From NCBI RefSeq assembly GCF_001186125.1, contig NW_014039771.1, forward strand, positions 1-36,390: a DNA stretch of 36,390 bases, read 5' to 3'. The notes beneath the pieces are model-generated. The model was not told where the DNA came from. It saw nothing but the letters and a program-made list of their open reading frames with translations, and ran no database searches. The stretch comes from Sphaeroforma arctica JP610. Lineage: Eukaryota. Of the stretch, positions 9,415 to 23,400 are shown in pieces (positions within the stretch are counted from its first letter, which is position 1; every line of letters begins with the position of its first letter). The position numbers and the translations under genes are program-made.

Positions 9415-12351
9415 CTATCTATCACCTTCCAAGGCAGCAAAGCGAGTCAGAGCTTCAACAAAGAAGTAATCTCCGTATATAAGACCGACGTCTATATCCT
9501 TCACGGGAAAGTCACCCATACCGTGGACCAAAATAGAATCCATATCCTCGTCACCCATGTACTTACTCCCAGCCAACCCCTTCAGTATTCGATCAGCCGC
9601 GAGCACATACTTGACGGATTGTTCTGCCTCGACAAATGTGGAAAGTTCAATAAATCCCGACGCTGCGATGGCTCCGGCAGAAGTGTCTGGGCGCTTCTCG
9701 GTGTCTTGAAAATCAAAGAGTGGCACGTAGTCATTCTCACAGCACTTTTCTAATTCAGAAATGAAACAGTCGGCAGTTTTGATAGCCTGGCTCAAGAATT
9801 CCTCCTCTTTAGTCCATTTATACACAGTAGTGAACCCGTGAATGCCAAATGCGACGCCTCTGGTCCAAATGGAGGTCATGTTAAGACCCTGCGGCTGACT
9901 GTATTGGCCGAGCAGCTCCCCATTATCGCCATCGTAGTTTGCTACATGCCATGTACAGCTGTCCGAGCGGTACAGATCTCGAATAGCTGCATAAATGGTA
10001 AGACCGAACTCAGCAACATATCTACATGCCACGATTCCGAACAGTTCAAGAGTATGCATAATCAATTCTAAGATCAATTCAGGTAGCTGAAAACGTAGCA
10101 GATATACGTAGCAGATATGTCACCCCGGACAAGTGATCGAACTTACTTGTTTTGCTATGCTGCACAGCCATATCCCAAAGGGTTTGGTTTCCTGTTTTCT
10201 CCGACACCCACAACATCATTTCAAGGTTCATCATATTATCTGAAGGTAAAGGGAACTGTTAACAACCTCCTGCAATAACTTACACAATGCGCTATGACGA
10301 CTAATAGCTTACACTGAATACCAACTGCGCTTGCTTGAGACAAGCAAAGGCAGACTCGTTATAAAAATATTCTATAACTACTCACCTATTATGACCGGCC
10401 ATTTGAATTGATTGGTGGGATACCTGTAGTTCTCGGTATCCCAACTCTTGATAGCTCCGACCGTATCGCTATACCTCAAAGCGAGAGTGTGCGCTCCCTG
10501 CACGATGGGCTCATACCAATCCTCATTGCCTGAGCAGGGTTTAAGTTTATATACCTATATCGATCTTGGCTACGATAGATATTTTATACTTTAGGGCAAG
10601 CACAGATTGTGCAGCGAAATGCCCCCAGATTCTGGTAAAGATAATATCAGCCAATACCGGAATTAAATGCAACCTGCTGTTTATAAATCGATTGTTTTAT
10701 CACGCACATTCAAGTAGGAATAGAAAATTTGGACAAACTGACCTCTCACGGGTTTCACGGGGTTTGCATTGTCCGACAATATGTGAAATGCTCCAATTCA
10801 CGTGATATTTCGTGATTACCGCTTGCATAGATGTGGCAGTCCAGCTTGGCGTATGTCGCCTCGAAAACACTTGCCTACTAAAACGAATTACCTGTTGATA
10901 TGTAGCCGTGACCATAGGAGTAAAAAACCTTGAAGCCCACATCGTGGGTACCCTCTCTCGTCGGTTCTTCCGAAAGATCACCAATTCTCTTGTCAAATCT
11001 AGTTTATGAATTTGCGTTATTCCTATTAACATACGATTAAGAACATAGCACTGAGTCTGGACTGATATTTATCGAACTTCGAGCCCCCAGTATTCGAGTA
11101 CATAATAGGATGCCGCAAGGACAATTCACTTATCACAGTATAATTGCTAAAACGGGAGAATGCATAATTGCATACCTTTCTAACCATGCGTCTGCATCTT
11201 CTAAATCACATCGGCTTATATCCCAGTCATAAAACTGCATAAATAATCCTGGTAAGAATCCACCCACCCACCTCCTGGGTTCTACTTCGTTATAATCTGC
11301 AAAATAAAAAAATATACCTTTAACAGAGAATATACGAGAGCTTCAAGCCAATGGGGGTTACAGAAGGATAGAGGTAAAAGTGTGCTGCGAAGCCCTGATT
11401 CTTTACAAATAAAGAAACCGGGTAAAGAGGAAATCAACAGGACAGAATCATATGTCTACTTACTGTGACATCTGGACGAACTATAGTCGGCACACTCTGT
11501 AGCATGTGGAAATGTAGCGGGAGTTTGCCGGTCATCCACTCTCTTGATCTAGTTTATGATTTGAGGCATCACAATACGGATAGGGAATAACGCGTTGAAA
11601 TGGTCTGTTCCAACCAATTGTGGCGACCAGGTTCGAAAGGCTAACGTTTATTCATTCCTACCTCTTGATTTGAACGTGCTCTCGGAGTTTTTGAGCACTA
11701 ATAATATACATGTACATGCACTTGTCTGGTTAAATTACGTTGCAAGCCGACGTTAGCAGCCAAAGTCGACATAACTCAACTCGAGAGCGACTACATATCC
11801 TATTGCGATAAACGGAATAGTCGATTAGTTCTTCTTCGTGTAATCATATTCCCAACCACGACCCACCTTTGCCTTACTTATGTCAATGAGCTCTTCAACG
11901 GTATACTTTCCAATCATCAAACGATCGCCGGCTAACTGACCCACAGTGCACTGCCGACTGCTCAGTGCCAAACTGTGATCTGCAGCCTGTGCAACGGCGA
12001 TTTAATATAGAAACATGTATAAGCAATCTGCACACACACACACACAGAGACCNNNNNNNNNNNNNNNNNNNNTTTAAAGCCATATCAATGCAATCAAACG
12101 GACCTCTCAACGACCCGTAAGGTAGCCTGATAGAAATGAAAATTAGCTCAAACATCGGGATCAGCGAGACAATACCTAGTAAATATCAAATAGAATTAGC
12201 AGTTCGCATATCATGATAGCAAAACAATATATCGCTGTGTGTGTGCATATGTTGAACTTGAATTACAAACCCAGAACATAAATTCTGTGAGGTCTTTATG
12301 CAAACAATCGTGTCATACCAGATAGAGAACTAAAAGAAGCGAGGCTTTCAT
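9415..12351 (-). CDS. Secreted glycoside hydrolase family 88 (unsaturated glucuronyl hydrolase), ~424 aa; exons 12351-12319, 11986-11867, 11548-11464, 11296-11176, 10998-10892, 10529-10386, 10239-10147, 9986-9415
   Basis: All GT-AG junctions join in phase; motifs WVGGFLPG, THDVGF, VGAIKSWD, PVIIDNMMNLE, QGLNMTSIWTRG, VPLFDF, DTSAGAIAASG, IDVGLIYGDYFFVEAL match GH88/UGL; N-terminus MKASLLLVLYLAADHSLA is signal-peptide-like. The first two exons are less certain; an alternative ATG lies at 12363. Confidence 0.92.
12053..12072. other. Assembly gap (20 N) next to a (CA)n microsatellite, inside GH88 intron 1
   Basis: Run of N; (ca)n at ~12031-12046. Confidence 0.98.
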
Positions 12352-12760
12352 TGTGCGAATCATTTTGCAACACCAATTCTGGCTCAGGGCTACCGTCAAC
12401 TATATTTCGATATGCTTTATTATGTATCTGGAGCTTGCTACTAGTTGTGCAGGTATGATATATTAGCTTGCTGGCCACTGAGTGCCTGCGACCAGCCTGC
12501 GACAATCGAGTAAAAAAATAATTTAGGGGGGGGCGACCCTGGGGATGAGGTGGGGGGGGGGGGGGTGCGGGGTAGGGTTTGGATGGACAAAGTTGTGATG
12601 TCATATTTATCTCCTCCTGCATATCCTCTCTGGTTTGCGTACATAAATATGAATTCATTCACCGCAGTAGCCGGAGTGTGCGGCTTACTTCCATCCGTCT
12701 CCGGCTCAGTCTAGAAGCCCATACCCCGCATGCCCGTCCCGTAGAGATTCGAATGCTAGT
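12352..12760. promoter_or_regulatory. Probable bidirectional promoter/5'UTR region between divergent GH88 and NRDE2 starts, with a G-run cluster
   Basis: Head-to-head start codons ~410 bp apart; G8, G4, G14, G4, G3 tracts at 12526-12577. Confidence 0.5.
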
Positions 12761-15700
12761 ATGAATCTTCATAGTACAGCGCCAATGTACGCATTTGGCA
12801 ACGTAGCTGCAACAACAGCTGACGATGTTACACGCAACTCGGCTGCTGATTCAAGTGACATAGTTGGCTCTGGTGCGGGAGTGAGTGGATTCGGTTCATT
12901 CATGGGAACTGTAGTAGATGCAGTACATGATGGAGGAGACAGACAGATAGGTAACGAATTTGGGATAACTACACAGGATAGCCTAGAAAATGTCAACGGG
13001 AGACACACTAAAAAACACAGACATAAACACAAAGAGCGTGGTCGAACAAACGAGAAAAAAAATAAACCTAAGGCGGAGAAAGAGCGCAGCAGTACGAGTA
13101 AGAGTGCTCGCGAAAGAAACAGTAGTGGAGGGAAGCGGCGTAAACATAAATATAGTGAAAGTGACAGCAACAGCGACGCTCAGGAAGGTCACACGGCAGA
13201 AAGATCGCGCAAACGGACGCGACAAGATCAGGGTAAGGAGAGATATACCAGAGATTGGCATGAGGAAAGAGGGAACATACGTAGGTCACAACTACGCGAT
13301 GAAGAATATAAAACGGATAAGAGAAGAGACTCTGTGGATCGCAGTCGTGAGGGTAGAAGTAAAGACCGGCAACGCGGGGTAAATTCACACAGTGACTGTA
13401 AGCCCAGTAGGTCTAGTGATGGAAATGATGGAAATGCCACGCATAAGAAAGTACGTACTAGGGACTGTAAGTCGAGCGAGAGGAGGGGGACCAGTGGGAG
13501 ATACGAAAGTACGTATAGTCGCGGTTATAGGCGAAGTACGAGTAGGACTTATTCACCGCAAGCGTTCAAAACAGGGTCAAGCTCCGACTCATCCCACAAA
13601 TCGCATAAACGAAAGTCGACACATATCCCAAGGACTGATGAAGGGGACAAAGATAAACACAAGCTTAAAAGTGGGATGCATATTGACGATTTAAATCGGA
13701 GAGAAAACTTGGTTGAAGGTAGGCTAGGTTCGACAGGGAATGGTGGCTATTTCGCAGGGTTCAAGACGGACAAAAGGCATGATAAAGATAATCTGACATA
13801 CGGTACACCCTATCTGAAGGATGTCCCGAAGTTCCACAGGTGTGTACGCAGTAGTAGTGGAGGTCTTCAACTGGAATTTGTTTGCACTTTTCACTGGCGC
13901 GTTTCTAGTGATAGTGGGATGTTTTGAACGCAATGATCTAGCATCATAGGCGCACTATTAAGTCCCGGACAACGCAGCATCAGCTCTGGCGTGTGTGTCC
14001 AGGTATTTATGGGCCTTTTATTGCTACGTTTCTATTTCTTTTCACGTCACGCGGGTTACAATAGGAGTGACCGCGGCAATTTGACTTGCATGGGCACTTG
14101 TATCTCGTACTCGTATGGTCTGCGCCTAAATGACATCTACCCTAGCTAAACAGCAGTACAGCTCCTATATATAAATAACACCTCGCCCAACCTTTATGTA
14201 CTTCGTCATAGACAGCGGGAGGCTACGGTTATCGGCACAGATAGTCTTGGTACCAGTGGCTTCTTCTTAGCTAGAGAGCGCGAGAGAAAGAAAACTGCTA
14301 GGTATTTCGATGATAGGGTTGGGAGCTCGGCAGTTCCTACAGATATACCTCTTGCACCTCCACGAATATCAGGCATGTTGTGCATGGTGTAGTTTTGAGA
14401 GGAATGTGAGAAATAGACGTTGTATGGGCGTTTTTTAAAAGTTCAGACACCATAACTAAGCAGCGTTTCACCATGAAACTCTTTATCACCACAACCCCGT
14501 CCGTCTGATAATATAATGGCACGTGCATACTATTTGTACACTAGTGCATTGTCAGTTCTCTTCACTTTTGTCTGAGTCCAGTTTTATATTCCACCTCACT
14601 CCAGGTTAGTCTGTATACTTGTTGTAATTGTGAGATACATCACAACACTCTTCGATTGCTGCCAGGTGTACCTGGTTTACTTACCTAAATAGTCTCCATA
14701 AGCCACCTTAGTTGTGCAATGCATTTTGCAAATTCTGAACTCACATCCTCCGTTTAATTTTGCCGATTGATCAATTCACTACAGTAGAGGACAACAAAGA
14801 GTTGAGAAAATCACCACACGAAGCTGCCGAGTTCCTGCCACTAAGCAGCACTACGTCAGCTACAGGTGTGTACTTATGTATTGTGAAACATCTGAGAGGC
14901 AAAACAAATGTATTTCCTTATGCGACGCTCCGCAAGTGTCGCTTAGCAGTATTAATATAGTTAAGGATGCTGTCGAATGTCATTCATGTACCAAGGAGAC
15001 ATACTGCGATGCTTCAGGTCCCAGTCTCCAAAGTATAATCCCTCATGAGAGTCGACAACGATTCAAATGAAGTGGCAAAATCAGCACATGCTTCAAGACT
15101 TTATTTCATCGGTTGAAAGTCTCTCGCATTACTTTTATCGGCAGGTGTAAATGATAAAAAAAATCGAGGGAGATACGCTCGAGGACGAACACGTAGGCAG
15201 CAACACACGCGACGCTCGTCGCCTTCTATACGGCCGATTGCTCCGCGAGAATCCCAGTAATACCTCAACCTGGCTGTCGTTGGTAGCCTTGCAAGCCGAG
15301 GTGCGTTATTTGAGGTGGCCAATGAGTGCTGTGTAGGCTTATGTACTATCGCTGTCTAAGTAGACCTAGCGTAAACTGGTCATATTCTTGGTACAGTACG
15401 GACATGTATTTTCATCTGTCTAGTGTGTTTGGACGTTGCCGCGTGGCGGTTATTCCAACCCGTGAACAAATTATACGTTCACCTTTTATAGATGAACATG
15501 AGTACGTACACTGTATTCGTCTTACGGTAATCAACGATGTTCGCAAGAATGGAATAGTGAATTTACTGCAAAGATGTATAGTAGTGTAACGCGTACCCAA
15601 GGCTCTGCCTTGTCAAACGAATTCATGAATGTGTGTATATGCTTACGAATTTATCTATGTATACGTGTACGTGTGCTTTCAGAGGACTAATCTCTGTACG

Positions 15701-17464
15701 CTACTGGAGAAACGACTCTGTTATCACTGTGAAAGTGCTTTTAGCTCGCTCACGTTTCCTTATCAGACACGGATATGCCAGTATCACGATTTGGCGCGCA
15801 CTTTACAATTGGGTTCCAAAGACATATTCGAAATGATAATCGATGTGCCCTTATCTGCAACTCCAACTAGACACATTTACAACATCGGTTTTCCAACCGA
15901 AGAAATAGATGTATACATCATCTTTATCAATGAACATGGATGTGTATGTTTATGTTCGAGTATATGGTCGCAAGTCTCTCTTTACGATTCTTATCACGTA
16001 CTCAACCACATAATCATGGACTGTACTTCGTAGGCTCTACAAGGGAAACACACAAAGGTACTGAGGAAAATCGTGCGAGAAAAGCAGTTAGCTATACTGG
16101 AGAAGGCTGTGTACGCAAATCAATCCAATGAGGTGCTCCGTTTGCACTACTTGAGGCTTTCCAGCGAATTGGCCGAGACATCTGAACTAGCAAAGTTATG
16201 GCGCGAAGCTATGGCTATGTTCTCCGCATCGCCAGCTCTTTGGAATGGCTATTTACTAATGCGAACCACACATTTCGCTTCGTATAAATTCCGGCAGGTG
16301 TGTGTAAGGCTTGCCATACACTTCGTGATTGTTGGCCACAGTCGACTGTGTCGCACACGTTACTACATGTTAAAACTTTCGTACGTGTCTGTTTGGTTTT
16401 AGCCTGCCTATGTATAGTTAATATTCCACGTTGTTTGTGTGTTCCCACGTGATCTAGTATTCACCTAAGTAGATCACCGAGCACCATGCATGCACAGATA
16501 TATTGGACCATCAGGCCAAGCTCATGCCGCTCTTGTTTGGTCCAAATATATGACATACTGTCGCGATGATAGCTTCTCTTATTATGATTTTTTTCCGTGA
16601 AATCTAAACAGATCACTTCTACCTTCGATCGCTGCCTACGTACACTGACAAGCTATAACGAAAGGAATTCAGCATTACACTCTCAGGGCGCTGTACAAGC
16701 ACGTACACTGCGCGCAAGCACGTCCTCGGGGGAGCTGCTTTCCGACCCGGATTTGGTTAGACTCATGAGTCAATACTTTCGAGTCATATGGGATGCGGGC
16801 CATACTGAATTGGCTATTGGATGGTTACAAGCAGTTGTTGAGTACAACACATTTGGCCAACCGTCTGACGCGCATTCGGGTGTACATGTGCGTTCAAGAG
16901 AGTTTTTTGAGCCGTTCTGGGATTCGGAAGTGCCGAGATTTGGCGAGAGGCATACGAAGGGATGGCGAGCACATGCTGTTGGGGATACACGCCCTTACCC
17001 TATACGAGAGGGCGTTGAGGCAAGCGGCAAGGCAAATGAATACACATCTGGTGAGTTGAGTAGTAGGGATTTGGAAGGCAGTATAAGTACCCGCGGGACG
17101 GGAGACACTTTAGATCATTTGAAACGTGCGCGAGCCAGCGAAAGGGAACAATGGCTATGGATGGAGCTATATAGAGGGATAGGCGAGGCCTTGCCCTGGC
17201 ATCTGGGCTGCGGCGAGAGCGGGGCCAGTGTGTGTGAAGACTTTGGCATCAGTCCGGTCCTTCTTTTAAGAAGCCCTGGCAACGGTGCGTGCGCAAGGAT
17301 GAACACCGAGGAGACCGATAGTGTAGAGGATGCAGATCGGATGGTGCTGGGCGAAGACGTCGTGGAGTCTTTGGTGGATATTCGATGCAAGGCAGATGTG
17401 GTACGTGGAGTGTGTGGCATCCTGCTTTTCTGGTAACCAATATATATGTATGTATGTGTGTGTT

Positions 17465-17496
<32 letters not shown>

Positions 17497-20400
17497 TACA
17501 TATATACACATATATATATATATATAAATATCTGTATTTGTATTTGTATTTGTATTTATATTTATATTTTTATATGAAGTATATATTCGCATTCGAATAT
17601 ATAGATGTGTATATTTATGTGTACAAATACAAATATGTGTTCGGATGGTTGTTGTGCACTGTCTACGGTTTCGAAAAGTATTCCCAGTCAGTGCTGGAAT
17701 GAAATGTCTCATACTTACACTCACCGTCGCCCATCCTTTCCATTGTCGCGTAGTTTGTTCCCGAGCAACAGTGAAGTATAGCTCCGATGGGAGTATATAG
17801 CCTCGTCTGCCAAGCCAAGAAAACTCATATTCTATGATAACGAATAACAGAGCAAGGTCTTCAATTGAAAATACTATCACTTACGTACTAACATACAGCT
17901 TTCCATGATAAAGAATGCGCTCCGTTCCATGGGCACACCCATGCCCGATTCGGACGCCAGTTCGTGGACGCAATACGACTGTGTGCGTCAGTGGTGCGAT
18001 GTATCGTCACTGTTGTCCCCTCTGGCCGTAGATGTGGCGGCGCTACACCGTGCCACCGATGCTACCCAAGATTATCTGGAGACAGAGCATGTGAACGAGT
18101 ACAGTAAGACAGCACAGGAGTATCATACACCCACACACGGACACTCGCATCCGGGCGATACAGATGTGTCTTCGGTATCGATGGGAGGAAATGAAATAGA
18201 GTTGGATTCTCGCACCCCTGGCGATCGGGTTGGGGTAGCGTCTGTTGGTGTGCCGGGTCGCGAGCCCTGGTATGCTAGCGAGGACTATTTCAAGACGTCA
18301 CAAGCAGTTGCGCATCCGACGCTAATGCATACAATGCGCTTGGATACAGAGGTGAACAGAATTCGGCCAAGATGCTGCGATCGTGTTGGGTTAGAGAGAG
18401 CAATCGGTGGCCAGGGACAGTTTTACACACCGTTGCCTGGGTATAGGGACATTTTGCGCTACCGCTCGACTTTGGGGACGTCAGATCCTTGCATAGAGCG
18501 ACTCTACAAGTTTTGTGGACGTGTCATTGAACAGGCGCTCATGCTCTTTCCTGACGACGAAGAGCTGCTGCTGGGGAGTGTGGCTTGGGTTGTGCATGGA
18601 CCGTATGTGTTAGTGCGTGCTTGTGTAGAGTGCGAGCGCTTTGTATCGTTTGAGAGTGTGTCCTTGGGCATTGTATGTATGTTTGAGAGAACTTATGTAC
18701 GCTTAATTGATATCACAAGGGGTGGGCTTATAGAACAAAATGCTGTTTCCGTGCTTATAACATATGCTCATATGTGGTGAACCCTGAATGTGCCTATTGA
18801 ATCTACAGTCGGTCACTTAGTCTGGAGATATGGTTTGAATGTAAATGGGTGGAAGCGTAGTAGTATATTACATTATAAGCACGATATCTAGTTCAAACAC
18901 TACAACGATAGAAAATATCGATAAATCTCTACGCTAGTCTCTTTGCGCTCGCATTCCATGACTTTTTCATGAATGCTTGTTACTCATTGATGCTACAATA
19001 GCGTGGCGTTCGTTACGTAAGGACATACCTAACACACGGCACGTGAATATCGCATTGTGTCACAAATGCCTATTGTGATTCCTTCTATTCACTCACAGCG
19101 ACGGAGCATTAGCGATTGAAGATGGAATTGAAAAGTGCAAGACTCTTTTATCGTGTGCTCGATACGGGGAAAATTATCGGCTATGGTATACGTACTGCCA
19201 ATTAGAGCTCCAACTGGGTAACCGCAAAGCGGCCCGAAAGGTGAGAATACTGCCTCGAAACACCCTTTGTCTGCATTGAATACGGATGCACGATATCCGA
19301 ATTTTAAAGAGATTTGGTCCAATTCATGCATCCGAATCTCACGTACGACGTCCATCATGGTGGTTCTTGTGAGCGTCATTGTACTTACAACTAGGATGTG
19401 CAGGGGAGTAATTGCTTGGTCGTTTAGATGCAATAGCGATCTGTGTATGTCTCTTGTGTGTCCGAAAACTCGCAGTTCCGTATTTCCTGGGTTTGGGAGT
19501 AGTTTGCTGTTCCCTTAGTTTGGTGGTGGATATTATATTGAGCTTCAGATATTCGAAGTATTTCATCGCCATCGGCTGCAGTGTAGTTTATCCGTCGACT
19601 TCATGTGTACATTGGATGTTACCTCTAGAGGTTAGTAATTCGCTTCGCAATTGCTTGCGAGATTATGGTTGCCAGTTTGCCATGAGTATAGCACACGCTT
19701 ACGTACGTGTATAGCGATCGATGTTGTGCACCGCAATACTCTCACGAGGTGTACGACATTCGGAATACGACATCAGCTCTTTCTCTGTTTCTAACAGCCA
19801 TAGACTCATTCGGGTGAGCTCTACTTTATCACATGCCACACTGCACGTCACATCGAACACAAGCATATCATAATCGATTGCCGCAATTTTCACATTCATT
19901 TACTGTACATTAACCTCAACTGTCAGACTCGTGTGCTTTACCTGTCACCGTAAGACCTGAACTTTCAGGAATGACAACATAGTAGCAGCAAACAATCTCC
20001 GTTGAGCTAGCCACCTTCTGACAGTGCTGCGCGACGAGTTCTCAGAAAATCATGGCGCAAAATGTATATCTCGCATGTTGTTCAGTACTGCCTTCTTCCT
20101 TCATACTCATTATCAGGCGTACGCTCGTATCCTTTCAATGCGACGTCAAGCAGATATTCAACAGTCAGCGGAGAGCGTCATAAACCCTGGGCAGCACTCG
20201 CATCCCATTGGTGCCACCCTTCCCTCCTGGGATATGTGGCTTATACTGAAAGGCATGACACAATTGGGGCTTGTTCAGGGGGAGTTCTACAGGTACGTTA
20301 CATTGAGTTTCGTTATGTATCAGTACTCTAAAATGGAAAGTATTAGTGTCGACACGAGTTGTGCCGCAAAAGTATGGCTTCTTTACATGGCTAATCCGTC

Positions 20401-23400
20401 ATCGGTGCCGAGCTATGTGTAGTCTCACGCGCTCTCCACAATTGTGGTATCTGTGTAGGTCTTCATTCTACATGGATACAATGTTATTTTGCACTCCCCT
20501 TAGTACACGCATACAAGCCATTAGCCTAAACCCTCAGGGTAGTTTTGGTGTATCTATCTGCAACAATCCTTCTCTAGGTATTTATCTGTAGGTTTGCATT
20601 TCCACTATTTTCGTAATCAATTTTGTTCAGAAATATATATCTACTGTGAACTAATTCAGCCACACTAATAATTGCTATATTGGTCAGACCCTTCCATTGC
20701 CATGTCTCAATTTGAGCCTCCTTCAAATTGCTATACACTGTTTCGTTTCATTATTATACACTCCCTTCTGATCGGTCCTTTCTTTCCGCGTCCAACGTCG
20801 TACAGCGTGCTCCACGCGTTGGTGGCTTTCGTAAAACAGCCCAACGCTAATGAAAAGCCCATTAAGAAAGGGGCGTTACCCATGCTGTCTACCACAGGTA
20901 ACTTGTAAAAACCCATCTTACCGCCACTTGTTAGTATCCATCGTACTGTCACTTGCTATTATTCATTCTACCACCATTTGCATGTCAGCGCGTTTTCTGT
21001 GCCTCTCGGCCAGTGTAGTTCAGCAGTACAGTTTACGACATATTAAAAGTTCAGAATTTAGCCAATAAAAATCGTACAATGTAGCATGTACGTGCGACCC
21101 CTATGAACCCTGCAGCTGGTGAGAGCATATTCTCATTGCGCGAGAGTGGCATATTTTGCATTTCATTTTGCGTGCAAATACTTGAGAAGGCCATCAGCCG
21201 CTTAAAAGTGTGGTTCTCGCAAAACGGTGTGGTATTCCGGGGTATATTTACACACCTGCCAGGCCAATTAAAACCAGTCTGCTGATATTATTCAACCCGA
21301 TCTACCTTCACAGAGTTGATGGTAGCAAAGCGCACGTATGCAAACATATATAGTCAATTGGTCTTCCTCAGCCCAGACAAGGCGCTCCGATGGGCAAGCA
21401 CAACGGCTCGTACGCCAGCCACGGAGACCGAGGACGCCGTACCACCAGTACACCACCCCGTAGGAGGTAGTGCAATGGTGCATTTCATTGACTGTTATGC
21501 ACTCTTCGAGTACCTCAGTCCAATGTACACGCCCGGCGACCACACACCGGTGCGCAGCCAACCAATACCAGGTGTGTCTGGTGGAGAGGCGGCTATGCGC
21601 AGACTGCCGTCGCTGGATGCAGCGCAGAGTGTGTACACGGAGGCGCTACAATGGATGTTGGGAAAAGGTGTGTACAATCAGGCGATGGCCAAGAGCCAGA
21701 CGCTGGGGGCTTTGAAGCGACCCAAGAACATGCCTGTGGATGTAAATGGCACTGGTGCGGACGAGCATGAATGGACATTTGTAGAGCCATCCAGTGCTGT
21801 AGTAGGTATGTTGTAGTGTGTACGTCTGCCCTGTATGGTATGAGACGTCTTAAAGATGCTTCAGTTTGTATTAGACTTTAGGCTCGCTCGCTGCTCTACC
21901 GTTCACATCAACCATCCGCGGACTTTTGTACACTCGTCTGTCTTCTATCATCGATATACCATCGATATGCTTGTCAGGCCCCACCTTATAATCAATGCCA
22001 ATCGCGAGTTCCTATTAAATCCGTTCATTCCTGCAGAGACGTTACTGACAGGCTATGTGGAGATGATGGTGCGACACGCGCAGGCGCACGCCAGCCCTCT
22101 GAATAAATCTAGGCAGGTACTGGAGACCGCTCTCCTTCTCTTCCCGGGAAATACATACTTTCTGTCTCAGTACATCTTGGCTGAAGCTAGGTAGGTGACA
22201 CGGTGATTTCTATCTCATGTATAGTCTCAGTCGTGTGTTCTGAGGTGTATTGTATTGCTGCTTTGGAGACCACGGCCAGTTGTTTTCAACCGTTGTTGTT
22301 CCTAAACTATATCTAAAAAGAACAGGATAAAAGTTATTTATGTAGGGAGCATATACTTTGTGGCTGTGTGCAATTGCAACATTTAATTCGCAAGGACGAT
22401 ATATATATCTGTTGAAAGTACAACATCACATCGGGCACAACTGTGCCATTCCATTGGTCAATTATGGCAAATGCTGCTAGGCAGATACAGGCTTCCCTAT
22501 ACTATGTCACGGAGCACTATATGAAATTAACTAAATGCGATCACTGCAAATTGCTTAAAAATTTTATTGACATCGATCAATGACTCATTTTGTACTCTTT
22601 TGATTCAAAATGTCAGTCCATGTCCTATACGATTGGAGTTGTCTACTCACGCTAATTTGGGGTGTCTTCCTGTTCTGTACAGTTTGTAGCTCACACATCC
22701 CGATTCTCTCAAAGATAAATACGATGCCTAAATGACATACGGTGGTAGTGTGGTGCCCGTAAACCTTGTGCGTGGTATTTACACTTTGAACCCACAGTAC
22801 GTCATTTCACGGACATTTGCTTGAGGAGCTAAGAGCCTCTGTAGTGCGTAGTGTTCAGATGCAGTAGTCCACAATGCCCCGGCAGAACGGATGCAAATCT
22901 GACGGATCACGCTCGTGTCAGTCTTATGATTCAGCTGACACATGCCTGTATCCCACTATTACTTCATAGGCGTAGAACCCACTTTCTACAATGCGCGTTT
23001 GAGCAACTCGTGGATGCCACTATAATTTTTTATCCAGATATATGACCACGTTAAAGACAGACACAGCGATAGGGGCAGACTGCTGAGCACACGCGTCTAT
23101 CGCATTTAGCGGCCAGGAAACTCTTCTGGGAAACAGTCACGTACAAATAATGCATCAATCCAACCCATGATGAATGCATATGTAATTGTTGTATCTCTTT
23201 CTCTTGCAGTTCGATACTGACCTTTCGATACTGACCTTTTAGTGCACGCACCCCATTTATGTATCTCTTACACCGTTCGTTGCACAGACAAGGCTTAATG
23301 ACCCGGCGACGGCAGTTCATGGACAATCTGTTGTGTCTGTATTTCACGGTGGATCTGCCTATCACCACTTGGTTGTTTGCACTCCAGGCTGAAATGGTGA

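Noticed and set aside
11662..11697. Possible 36-nt extra GH88 exon (AG...GT bounded)
   Set aside because: Not needed: the direct join ISKAK|IKRVDD is in phase and gives a natural GH88 N-terminal helix. It cannot be excluded without RNA data.
12769..13440. Several antisense/overlapping ORFs over NRDE2 exon 1 (similarly over the zinc-finger gene)
   Set aside because: Shadow frames of biased low-complexity coding sequence.
19089..19433. 114-aa minus-strand ORF inside NRDE2 as a nested gene
   Set aside because: It overlaps a clear plus-strand NRDE2 HAT-repeat exon (19099-19240).
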